NCBI GenBank assembly: GCA_951406725.2
Contig: OX597826.1
Coordinates: 12,958,001-13,022,000 of the forward strand
Length of the DNA stretch: 64,000 nt
Source: Octopus vulgaris
Lineage: Eukaryota
Direction of reading: 5' to 3'
In this document: positions 52,326 to 64,000 of the stretch, in pieces
How the letters are laid out: each line of letters opens with the position of its first letter
Numbering within the stretch: position 1 is the first letter of the stretch
Program-made: the position numbers and the translations under genes
Notes under the pieces: model-generated
Seen by the model: only the letters and a program-made list of their open reading frames with translations
What the model was told of the DNA's origin: nothing
Databases searched by the model: none

Positions 52326-54155
52326 AAAAAATCTGATAAATAATTTTAGTATTTAGAGCTGCCAGCAAGTCTCAAGTGTTTACTTAGCAAATCTGCATGA
52401 TGATACAATGATTTCAAATGTTTTTATCTTGTTATAAACACTTTCAAATAAACATCTCATTGCTAAATTTGTGTGTTTTTGTGTATACACATACACTTAT
52501 GCATGCATGTATAGGTAAATACACATCTATGTATTTATGCATTCATGTGTACTCACCTGTATATATCTGTATCCTGCAAAGAATATATTCACTGCCAACT
52601 TTTATCTACCTGTTGATCACCTTTCCTCTTTCATCCAATTCCCCGTTCACTCCAACCATTTTATCTCTCACTCACTCATACACCTCCATCTCTTACTTTC
52701 TCACTACCTATGAAACATACAAACTACGAATGACATACCCCAGCATCTGTACATATGAGATCCATTTGCATCATTCTACCTGTGCCTTATCCCTTATCCA
52801 TCTCACTTCCTTCGTATTTTATTTTTTTTACTGCCCACAAGGGGCTACACACAGAGGGGTCAAACAAGGATAGACAAACAGATTAAGTCGATGACATCAA
52901 CCCCAGCACATAACTGGTACTTAATTTATCGACCACGAAAGGATGAATGGCAAAGTCGACCTCGGCGGAGTTTGAACTCAGAACGTAGCGACAGACGAAA
53001 TACTGCTGAGCATTTCGCCCAGCGTGCTAATGGTTCTGCCAGCTCACCGCCTTCACTTCCTTCAATCATCAATCACCCTAACATTTATACCTCTCATCTC
53101 ACCACCTCATCTCATCACTCTCTCTCTCTGCCTCTCCTTTTAACTCTCACTATGCTCTCCCTCCGGCTTCTCTGCCACCTTCACATCCTCTCAACTACAA
53201 GTCTCTTTTCTTCAATGATTCTCCCTGGGTCCACACAACCCTCAACCGTGTCCTCTTTCTCGTGCTCCTTACCCCTACACCTTCTGCCCATATTTCCTCT
53301 CACAATACAGAGCAGTCCTGGACCTCACTCAACCGCTTCACTCTGTCCCCTCCCTTTCTCACTAACGACTGACACAATTCCTTTCTCTTTCACCTGTCCC
53401 TTTCATACTGCTGTCCCCAAAAGGGTTCTTACTCCGTCACTCCCTCCACGGTCACCTTCTCACAACTTCCTCAACAGAGTCTATGGTGTTTGCATCTCCA
53501 TATCTTGACATCACTTACTTTTTTACTCTTTTACTTGTTTCAGTCATTTGACTGCGGCCATGCTGGAGCACTGCCTTTTAGTCAAGCAAATCGACCCCAC
53601 GGCTTATTCTTTGTAAGCCTAGTACTTATTCTATTGTTCTCTTTTGCCAAACTGCTAAGTTAGGGGGACGTAAACACACCAGCATCGGTTGTCAAGCGAT
53701 GTTGGGGAGACAAACACAGACACACAAACATATACTTGACTTGAGACAGCATTCACCCGGGGTGGGTTGAACTAGTTTTATTCATCCTCAATGTTGCATC
53801 TCTCACAAATGCCGACCAGACCTGGCGATTTGAGGCTAACGACCACGTGATCTCCAACCACTCCTTATACCAGTGGCAAATGCCGTAGATATGGGGGCCT
53901 AGGTTGGGGCCCCATATCACAAACATATACACACATATATATGATGGGCTTCTTTTTAGTTTCTGTCTGCCAAATTCACTCACAAGGCTTTGGTCGGCCT
54001 GAAGCTAGAGTAGAAAACAGTTACCCAAGGTGCCACGCAGTGGGACTGAACGCTGAACCATGTGGTTGGTAAGCAAGCTACTTACCACCCAGCCACTCCT
54101 GTGCCTGTCTATGGTTAAAGAAAAAAAAAGGGATGATGTTTTAATTCCAACTTAC

Positions 54156-54361
54156 AGTTGAGTCTTCTTCTTTTGCTGCTTCATTCACATCAACCCATTC
54201 TCCACTTTCATCTTCAATTTCTTCACTACTACAACTTTCCCAGCCATCATTGTCACTGTCTTCATCATCAACTGCTTCCTCCTCTTCCTCATCATCATCA
54301 CTATTTTCTGTTTGTTTTTTCCCCTCATCTGCTGTAGCTGTTTCTGCCATGCCTTCAGCAT
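54156..54361 (-). CDS. SDAD1: SDA1 homolog, acidic-region exon
   Basis: DAEGMAETATADEGKK..DDEDSDNDGWESCSSEEIEDESGEWVDVNE.., containing the SDA1 DGWES..GEWxDV motif. CAG/GTAAG; 206 nt, phase 1 to 0. Confidence 0.92.
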
Positions 54362-54588
54362 CTGAACAAATAATAAGAAAATAAAAAGTTCAATTAGAAA
54401 ATATAACAATAATAGTGGCTGTGTGGTAAGCAGCTTGCTTACCAACCACATGGTTCCGGGTTCAGTCCCACTGCATGGCACCTTGGGCAAGTGTCTTCTA
54501 CTATAGCCTCAGGCCAACCAAAGCCTTGTGAGTGGATTTGGTGAACGGAAACTGAAAGAAGCCCGTCGTACATATGTATGTATGTATG

Positions 54589-54649
<61 letters not shown>

Positions 54650-57600
54650 GTGTGTGTGTGTATGTATATGATTGTGTGTCTGTGTTTGTCCCCCCAATAT
54701 CGCTTGACAACCGATGCTGGTGTGTTTACGTCCCCGTCACTTAGCGGTTCGGCAAAAGCGACCAATAGAATAAGTACTACGCTTACAAAGAATAAATCCT
54801 GGAGTCGATTTGCTCGGCTAAAGGCGGTGCTCCAGCATGGCCACAGTCAAATGACTGAAACAAGTAAAATAGTAATTCTTTTCCATTTTATCTAAAATTC
54901 AATACCTGCATTGCAAAGCCACTGAATTACTGATCAGCTTTTCAATATCATAAATTCATCAGCTATAAACTAAAGTCAGCATCATTCTAGTATATAGAAG
55001 TTAGGTTTGTGACTAAAATTGGTCTACACCAGTGGCGTATGGTGGTTGTTGTATTTGGTGTGCTGCCACACCCAATGGCACCAAATTTCAAGCAGGGGTA
55101 TATCAAAAGTTTTCTATTAAGATTTGGGATTAAATTAGTGAATAAGGTTAATATTTATAAAGAATTTGCTATTTCTGATGGGCGTGCAGCACACACCCGG
55201 AATATATGCTCTTGGTCTACACGTGAAGAAAATTTGTAACAGACACTATTGGAAGGAAAGGAGATTTAACTTTAACCAAATCCCTTAATCTCAGAGCAAT
55301 TCATTAAGGTCCGAAAGTGATACAGTTGGAAGTATACATTCAAGAAATCAAATATATTAAAAATGACTTAATCAGAGAAAGATACCCTGTCTGTTTTACT
55401 CTCTTTTACTTGTTTCAGTCATTTGACTGTGGCCATGCTGGAGCACCGCCTTTAATCGAGCAAATTGCCCCCAGGACTTATTCTTTGGAAGCCTAGTACT
55501 TATTCTACCAGTCACTTTTGCCGAACCACTAAGTTACGGGGACATAAACACACCAGCATCGTTTGTCAAGTGAAGTTGTGGGGGACAAACACAGACATAC
55601 AAGCATATACATACACATATATACGATGGGCTTCTTTCAGTTTCCGTCTACCAAATCCACTCACAAGGTCTTGGTCAGCCCGAGGCTATAGTAGAAGACA
55701 CTTGCCCAAGGTGCCACGCAGTGAGAATGAACCCGGAACCATATGGTTGGTAAGCAAGCTATTTACCACACAGCCACTCCTTTTCATTTAAAAACTCAAC
55801 AGACAAGGCCTGAACAAGTGTGACTTGAACTCAAAAAAATATCCTAACTATCTAGAGTCATCATCATTATGAGTTGGACAGAGTTTATTGAGGCAGATTT
55901 TCTTGGTTAGGATGCCCTTCCTGTCACCAACCTTCAAACTGTTTCCAAACAAGGAAATGACTCCCCATACCCAGACACGTTCCCACGTGAAGGCTTGTAT
56001 TACAGTGACCATCATTTTACAGCTTTCACACAATTACACACACACAGGGCAGGTTTCTTAGTTTCTGTCAATCAAAGCAACTCGCAAAGCTTTGGTTAAC
56101 CAAGGTTTTATAGTAGAGAACACTTGCCTTAGGTGCCACACAGTGGGACTGAACCCAGAACCATGTGGGTTCATACATTATATAAACAATAATTCCTTCC
56201 TATGCACATAAATAAAAAATGACATGATCAAAACTCTTGGTATGTTTATTTATGGTTATTTATGGCCGTTACTGTGTGGACTGGTAGACATCACCAGAAG
56301 CTACTCAATAACAAAAATAATGAAACATAAACAGACATTTCAAAAATCATTCAGTTAATTAAATATTATGTCTGGATCCACTGCTACAAACACAATACGA
56401 ATACCAACCATTAGCCAAAAACAGCAAAATTAACCCTTCCACAACCAGATATAAATATTCTTCCCCCATCTGCAGTTCTGAGAAATCTAAGATGGCCATC
56501 TCATCCAGACCTATCTTATTATCCACCGATAAATTTCTTCAAATTATTGATAAGTTATTTTCACCACTCACGAATATAAATTTCAGATTCATAAATTGAG
56601 CTTTTTGAGCTAAAGAATAAATAAATAAATAAATAAATAAAAACCCTGAAATATTTCAAATATTTAATTTTCTGATTTATTCCAGTGTCCATTGCTTTAT
56701 TTTGGTTTCACTTAATTTTTTTTTGTTTTATTTTTGCTTTTTTTTTTTCAGTTACAGCTGGAATATCAATTGCTAAGAATAACCGTAATAATGAAGATAA
56801 AAAAAGAAGAAAAATAGCCAGATATAAACATTCATTTGCTATTGCTATTTTGGGTTATTTGATATTGAAAACGTACAAAATTGAAAGAAATGTCTCTATA
56901 CTTGGTATTCTAAGTAAAAGACAATACTACAACCGTATCTGGAAATGCCTTCTATGTAGAAATGTGTTAATGTGAAAAGTGATATGGAGTAAATGAAAAA
57001 AAAAAAAGCTTACTTTAACCCTTTAGTGTTCACATTATTCTGCCAAAATTAATCCTTTTTTATCCACATTGCCATGAACCAATCATGCATTATCTTGGTG
57101 CTATGAGATGATGATGATGATGATGATGGTCAAGGGTATAAGTTAAATGTAGACTCTTTGCAAACATCAAGAAGACAAATAAAAAAAAAAAAGTAGCATT
57201 TGCACTCTCAGCTATTCATACTAATACTCACCATTCTCTTTCTAAGTGACTGTATGTCCATTTTACATTACAGTAAATGCTGAACACTCAAAACAACGTG
57301 AATACATAAGTATTGCCTTTGACAGAGTGATCTTAATGCTAAAGGGTTAATGTTGATGTGGTGGAATGACTGAGGAAAATGAAAGCTTAGTGCACCTGTT
57401 TCTCTTCTAGTGTACAAATCTTCATGCAATTGGTATTCCTGGTCCACTGCCCTAGCGAAAATCCACACACACATTCAACAAACCCATGACAAGACTTGGT
57501 AATAAGAAGCATAAAAGCATAAGCAAACCTTTTCACAAACATACTGCCAACTGTTGAAATGTTGCAGACATCAACAAGACAGGTGAAAATAAAAAAAAAG

Positions 57601-57683
57601 GTAACACTAATACTCATTCTGTTTCTAAGTGATTTTACCTGTTTTACATTTCAGTAAATATCAAACGTCAGTGTTCCACTTAC

Positions 57684-57819
57684 CTGTTTTGCCATCTTCT
57701 GTTACTTTCGAACTGTCTAATTCTTCAAGCAAAACCTCCGCACCTGGCAGGTAACTTTTGGCTTGAGTGTCTCCATAAGATGCTAGTTCTGCTTCTTGCA
57801 TAGCTTCAGTTAATCGACC
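57684..57819 (-). CDS. SDAD1: SDA1 homolog, coding exon
   Basis: GRLTEAMQEAELASYGDTQAKSYLPGAEVLLEELDSSKVTEDGKT, corresponding to GKPTEA..EYGELDAKDYIPGAEVL. CAG/GTAAG; 136 nt, phase 0 to 1. Confidence 0.93.
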
Positions 57820-57882
57820 CTGCATGGAAACAGATAGCAACATTATTTTACCTACACAAACCATTCTTCATTTTCTTTTTAA

Positions 57883-58244
57883 TCTCTATATATATAAACA
57901 GCAGAATGTCTGTCTGTGTGTATGTGTGTGTGTCCTTTATACAAATCCACAATTTTTCAGTTAGAGGGCTCGCACTTTCTATGGTCATTCAAAACCGTCC
58001 AAGGGTGGTCGTGCACATCTTTACATTTCCCCAGTCACCCCGCAAAGCCATTAAAAAATCAATAGAAGTGACATTTTTTTAATTTTCTATCCAAAACCCA
58101 ATCAAAATGCCTGAAACTTGATACGCCAATTGAAAGCCAGTTAGCTGTATGTGATTGGTAGGCGATTTGGACAGTACTCGTGTGTATGTGGGCACGCACG
58201 CAGTTGTATATGCATGCACTAGCATTGCCGGGTCATAGTGCTAG
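57883..58244 (+). mobile_element. Non-autonomous Helitron
   Basis: A|TCTCTATATATATAAA 5' end, GTCT/GT microsatellite, subterminal GC-rich hairpin remnant and CTAG|T 3' end. Inserted in an AT dinucleotide with no TSD. Confidence 0.75.
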
Positions 58245-58949
58245 TATGTGATATTACACAACTGTCTTCTATATCTATTACAATCTAATCTCACCCAAAC
58301 TACATGTGTGTGATGTGTTTCAGTTCTGGCATAAGTGAAAGAAGGACAGTATTCATAACCTTTCTGCGAGATTTTTGATTCTGGTGATAAAAGATCCTGC
58401 TATTCTCAGAATAGAGACTTGAGCTCTGCTAAAGGTACCCAATGCCAAGGTGAAGGTGTTTAACTGGATAACAAATTAAGTCTGCTAACAAAAAATTTCC
58501 AAAGTTTTCTTCCACCCAATTTCACTCATAAGGTTAGGGTATGATTGAAACTGGATTCACATGATTAAGAAACAAATTTCTTAATTACACAGCTGTACCT
58601 GATTATGCTTGCACAGGATTCAGTAGAAAATATTTAGTTCTAGTTTCATAGCAATAAACAGAGATAAATCTCCTCTCCTGAACAGAACAGATACAATTCT
58701 GGAAATAATTCCATATTTAGCATTTTTGTCCAACAACTAAACGAATTACTGGCCAAACCAAATATGAAATACAGAGGTTCTGAACACAATAACCTTCCAG
58801 CCAGTAGCTATTCAGCCTCTATAAGTATCATGTTGTCAGTAGACATGTGGACTGAGACAAGTAAGGTCAGATGCTTCTTTGACGCTTTTCTTAGAGGTGC
58901 AAAATCAGCCGAGTCCATACAGCTTAGTTGATAAAGTATCAAACTTTTA

Positions 58950-59322
58950 ACTGGCATGTAAAAATCACCATTCGAGCATGATCATTACCTGTGTCGCCTT
59001 ACTGGCACTTGTGCTGGTGGCACATGAAAAAACATTCAAGCGAGGTCATTGCCAGTGCTGCTGGACTGGCTTCTGTGCAAGTGGCACATAAAAAGCACCA
59101 TTTGAGCATGGCCATTGCCAGTACTAGCCCTCATGCCAGTGGCACGTAAAAGCACCCACTGCACTCTTGGAGTGGTTGGCGTTAGGAAGGGCATCCAGCT
59201 GTAGAAACTCTGCCAGATCAGAGTAGAGTCTGGTGCAGCCATCTGGTTTGCCAGACCTCAATCAAAATCGCCCAACCCATGCTAGCATGGAAAGCGGACG
59301 TTAAACGATGATGATGATGATG
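58950..59322 (+). mobile_element. RTE-tailed retroelement (family C) with internal ~60-bp repeats
   Basis: GGCGTTAGGAAGGGCATCCAGCTGTAGAAAC..CCAACCCATGCTAGCATGGAAA..(GAT)n. Copies at ~44125-44381, 48765-49028 and 60463-60931. Confidence 0.75.
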
Positions 59323-59938
59323 AGTTTGTGATTTTTAATGAATCAAGAACCAGTGGCTTAGAATCAAATAAAACGAAGTAAATGAATATGGAAATCTGGA
59401 ATATGGAAAGCTCATGAAAATCTGGTCACTAATTATAGCTCATTAGCTGGGGTCTGGGATTAGGAAATCAGAACTAACTGAAAATATATTCATTTATTAG
59501 GGATCAAGACAATACTTAAGAGATGGTGTATGCTACAATTAATTGACTAAACTCTCTTAATATTACTGGTACAGAGTTATGAAATGTGTTAATACAAAAT
59601 GGTTGGTTGACTACAGAGTTGTCAGAATGTTGGATAGAATACATTGTAGTATTTGTTTTGGATTTCTGCTCTCCGAGTTCAAATCCTGCTGCTAAAATCT
59701 TTATCTTTCATTATTTCAGAATTGAGAAATAAGTAGCAGCCATTGAGTGCAACCCTCTCTCCCGTCAAGTTCTCACTTCTCAGGAACAACAGGGAAATGG
59801 AAGGAAAAAGAAACAACGTGGAAAACAAAATGAACCCGGAACCATGTGGTTGGTAAGCAAGCTACTTACCACACAGCCGCTCCTACACTGAAATATTAAA
59901 ACAAAAACAAAAGAGAAAAACGTTAATAATAAAATTAC

Positions 59939-60015
59939 CCTGTCTTTCTTGTTCAGGATATTGGGATTGATCTGCTTCACCACTTGTATTAATCCTCGAC
60001 TCGCCATGGAGACAG
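59939..60015 (-). CDS. SDAD1: SDA1 homolog, coding exon
   Basis: (A)VSMASRGLIQVVKQINPNILNKKDR, corresponding to SDA1 VMMSARTLI..NPQMLQKKFR. CAG/GTAA; 77 nt, phase 1 to 0, continues the frame of the previous exon. Confidence 0.92.
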
Positions 60016-61456
60016 CTGAAATAAAGAGACACACATGGAGATAACTAATAAAGAGAAATGCGCATCATAAAGACAAAATATAATAAAGAAATACAAATAC
60101 TATGGAAATATCTACAATAAAAAGATAAGCATTTACACACAAATATAAAAACATACTGGAAGCAGGAGCAAAAAACTTTAAGAAACTGGCTTTGCAATCC
60201 AAGATCCCAGGTCTGATCTCACTACTTGGCACCCTGACCAAATGCCATTCACCACAGCCTTGGCAGGTAAGTGAAATGGGTAGAAAATTTGTTTAGAGGC
60301 AGTAGAATGGATTGGATTGTATCTAATGTAGCCCTTCAGCATTTAAACTGGCCCAAATAGGTTTTATGTTCAAACTGGCCAGACCTGGCCTCTCACACCT
60401 ATCCTACAATGCCTTTCTAAAAATATACAATCAAATCGTCAAAATTTTGAAGCTATGAGATAGTCATCGAATGACTGGCATCCGTGACTAGTAGAGCGCT
60501 AAGAATACCATACGAGCGTGATCGTTGCCAGAGCAACAAGCTGGCCTCTGTGCCGATGGCGTGTAAAAAACACCATTCGAGTGTGATCGTTATCTGCGTT
60601 GCCTTACTGGCACTTGTGCTGGTGGCGCGTGAAAAAATATTCAGGCGAGGTCATTGCCAGTCCCGCTGGACTGGTTCCTGTGCAGGTGGCACGTAAAAAG
60701 CACCATTTGAGCATGGTTGTTGCCAGTACCGCTTGACTGGCCCTCGTGCCGGTGGCACATAAAAGCACCCACTACAGTCTCAGAGTGGTTGGCATTAGGA
60801 AGGGCATCCAGCTGTAGAAACTCTGCCAGATCAAGATTGAAGCCTGGTGCAGCCATCTGGTTCGCCAGTCCTCAGTCAAATCGTCCAACCCATGCTGGCA
60901 TGGAAAACGGACGTTAAACAATGATGATGATTATGGCCAGATCTGGCCTCTCACGTCTATTCTACAATGTCTTTCTAAAAACATACAATCACATCATCAA
61001 AATTTCAAAACTATGAGATAATATATGATTAATTGAAAATAATGTGAATTTGATAGAGTAATCTGAATGCTAAAGGGTTAAAGGGCCAGCCTAGCCCCAC
61101 TGTGTCATAACCCTGTTTGAGGATTACATTAGGGATACACATGAATATGGAATACTCAGCCACTTATACAAGCTGATTTAATGACAGGTAGTGTAGTTAA
61201 TCAAACAGTTGAACACTCATTACTGAAACTGATGGATATCCATTTACTTCTATGCATGTTTGTAATTTCAGTAGTGCTGCTCTGAACTGCTAGCATCAGT
61301 CATTATAGAAAACAATTAAAATATTGAATGTAAACATTTCATATGAGTAAACAATATTAATAATTTCATATACTGGCACAAGGCCACACATGTGTATACT
61401 TTATCCATGATGCCAAGAGGAATAATAATAATGGGTGTTTCATTCAACATCCTTAA

Positions 61457-61677
61457 CCCTGTCATTACCAACCCGGCTGAAACCGGCTCTGGCTCTGTAG
61501 TACAAATGTCTTGTTTTCATAAGTTTTGAATTAAAATCTTCCACCAAACCTTAGTCACAGTTTATGTTCCTAACACTAGCTTAATGATAACTAAGTTATT
61601 TTACTAAATTCTTTGTTAAATTTAAAGTAATTGAAAGAAACACAGAGCATCTCAAAATAAATACAGTAACAAAAGGG
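61457..61677. mobile_element. piggyBac-like MITE, complete
   Basis: TTAA on both sides and CCC..GGG termini. It splits the CATCCTTAAACAACC site of the host repeat, which is uninterrupted at ~63380. Confidence 0.85.
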
Positions 61678-62570
61678 TTAAACAACCCTTATTCAAGGAC
61701 CTTTTGAGTGCGATGGGTTACTTGACCAGAAGAAAATTCTAACTGGGCCCCACCTGCAAGGTCATGTACTGTTTATCTTGATATGGGATCACCATGTCTC
61801 ACACATATGGTTGTGATGCATGTGCCTAGTGTACCCTTATCAGACAGGTAGTCATCATGGATATACGGGCTTCGTATATTTCACCCCAGTGTCACTTTGA
61901 TGGCATGCACTGCTCTCTCACTCAATAATAATAATGATGATAATAATAATTGTTTCAAATTTTGCCACAAGGGCAGCTTTTGGGGATGGGAACGTATCAA
62001 TTACATCGACCCTAGTGTTTCACTGGTACTTAATTTATCGACTCCAAAAGAATGAAAGGCTAAGTAGATCTCAGCGGAATATGAACTCAGAACATAGCAA
62101 TGGGTGAAATACCTATTTCTTTACTACCCACAAGGGGCTAAACGCAGAGGGGACAAATAGATTAAGTTGATTACATCGACCCCAGTGCATAACTGATACT
62201 TAATTTATCAACCCCGAAAGGATGAAAGGCAAAGTCGACCTCGGCGGAATTTGAACTCAGAACATAACGGCAGACGAATATCGCTAAGCATTTTGTCCAG
62301 CATGCTAACAATTCTGCCAGCTCTCCAACTTAATAATAATAATAATAATCCTTTCTATTATAGACACAAGGCCTCAATTTTGGGAGGAGGGGGCCTAGTC
62401 GAGTATGCTGACCCCAGTGTTCAACTGGTACTGATTTCATCAACTCTGAAAGGATGGCAGGCAAAGCTGACCTTGACAGAAATTGAACTCAAAACATAAA
62501 AATGGATAAAATGCTGCCAAGAATTTTGTCTGGGGCACTAATGATACTGTCAACTCACCACCTAGGGATG

Positions 62571-62601
<31 letters not shown>

Positions 62602-63091
62602 CAACAATAATAATGATTTCAAATTTTGGAACAAGGCCAGCAAGTTCGGGGAAGGGGATATGTCGATTACATTGACCCCAGTACTTAACTGGTACTTTAT
62701 TGACCCTGAAAGGATGAAAGGCAACATTGACCTCAGCAGAATTTGAACTCAGAACACGAAGACAGACGAAATACTGCTGAGCATTTTTGCCTGGCATGTT
62801 AACAATTCTGTCAGCTCATCATCTTAATGATAATAATAATAGTAATCCTTTCAACTAAAGGCACAAGGCCTGAAATTTTGGGAGAATGGGGCTATGTCGA
62901 TTACACCGACCCCCAATACTCAACTGGTATTTATTTTATTGACTGCAAAAGGATGAAAAGCAAAGTTGACACCAGCAGCATTTGAACTCACAACATAAAG
63001 ATGGACAAAATACTGCGAAGTATTTTTTGCCCAGCATGTTAATGACTCTGCCAGTTCACTATCTTAATGATGATAATAATAATAATAATAT

Positions 63092-63632
63092 CAGGCAGTG
63101 GTTCTCATGGCTTCTGATCTTAACTGATTGGAAGTGTTATCATGTACATTGTTTTGTCTTGGTATAAAAGATGGGCTACAGCAAATATTCTGCTCAATAC
63201 CACAGATTTGCTTGTCAGTTGTTTGACCATAACCAGTTGAGCATGTCCCTTAGTGGCTGATGATATGTGCATCTCTGATCTTGAGCAGAAGTAGTGGGGG
63301 AGCATCATAGCCATGTGTTGAGAGGGATTCTTGGAGGTTTTGATAATTCCCCTTTGGAAACATGGATGGTTCGTTCAACATCCTTAAACAACCCTTATTC
63401 AGGGACCTTTTGAGCGGGATGGGCTACTCAACCTGAAAAAAAATCTAACTGGGCCCCACCTGCAAGGTCATGCGCTGTTTATCTTGATATGAGATCACCA
63501 TGTCGAGCACATATGGTTGTGATGCATGTGCCTGGTGTACCCTTATCAGACGGGTAATCATGATGAGTATACTGGGCTTCGTACATTTTACCCCAGTGTC
63601 ACTTTGATGGCATGCACTGCTCTCTCACTCAA
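63092..63632 (+). mobile_element. (AAT)n-associated retroelement 3' region
   Basis: Three copies (here, ~61432-61925 and ~30836-31545) share the 3' end TGCTCTCT..(AAT)n, have different 5' truncation points and each start after (AAT)n. Confidence 0.7.
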
Positions 63633-63674
63633 TAATAATCATAGTAATAATAATAATAATAAAGATTCAGTTAC

Positions 63675-63772
63675 CTTTTTCCCGACTGGACTTATACTGA
63701 GCTAAATCTTGTATAAGCTCTTCAGTCAATGCCAATGGACAACGAGAAATAATCTCTTTCACAGCATTTAAA
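63675..63772 (-). CDS. SDAD1: SDA1 homolog, internal coding exon (first one inside the window)
   Basis: Translates to [32 protein letters not shown], matching the SDA1 motif as I recall it ([27 protein letters not shown]). CAG acceptor and GTAA donor; 98 nt, phase 2 to 1. Confidence 0.93.
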
Positions 63773-64000
63773 CTGAAATAATAAAATGAGAAATATGGAT
63801 TCCAATATATTTATCAATATGTATTAATAATCAAGTGGTTATTTCAATTTCCAATACAGGTGTGTCATGATGTGTGCAACATCTTACTCTATTTGACTTA
63901 CATTTCTGTTAACTTAAGACACATACCTTTAACTTTCAGTCATTGGACTGCAAGAATTCTGGGGCAACCCTTTTAAAGATTTAGTTGAACAAATTGACCC

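Noticed and set aside
52891-53508. 205-aa ORF
   Set aside because: It starts inside SINE A and runs through a CT-rich low-complexity tract antisense to SDA1.
54928-54992. Possible intronic C/D snoRNA in SDA1 (ATGATGC..CTGA..CTGA)
   Set aside because: Imperfect C box, weak terminal stem and no rRNA complementarity that I could recognise. It would need a snoscan search.

Overview
This is AT-rich, microsatellite-dense animal genomic DNA. The SINE repertoire points to an octopus or other coleoid cephalopod, but that is an inference. The only host gene I can support is the 3' part of an SDA1/SDAD1 (60S ribosome biogenesis) homolog on the minus strand. It has eight coding exons from 63772 down to the stop at 38033, all with GT-AG introns and consistent phases; its 5' part lies beyond the window. 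The rest is mostly repeats: several SINE families, decayed CR1-like, RTE, R4/Dong-like and CRE non-LTR retrotransposons, two mariner remnants, a Merlin remnant, piggyBac-like and hAT-like MITEs, and a non-autonomous Helitron. Five observations stand out. (1) A dense, structurally varied set of Penelope-type hammerhead ribozyme motifs in the first 25 kb, some in inverted fold-backs. (2) A SINE that repeatedly joins head-to-tail at one internal site. (3) A LINE and a SINE sharing a 3' tail with a conserved stem-loop. (4) An SDA1 exon bracketed symmetrically by inverted SINEs. (5) A short RTE-derived element whose 5' end resembles an HDV-like fold. Repeat boundaries were read by eye and are approximate. 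Almost all ORFs in the supplied track are microsatellite or repeat artefacts.
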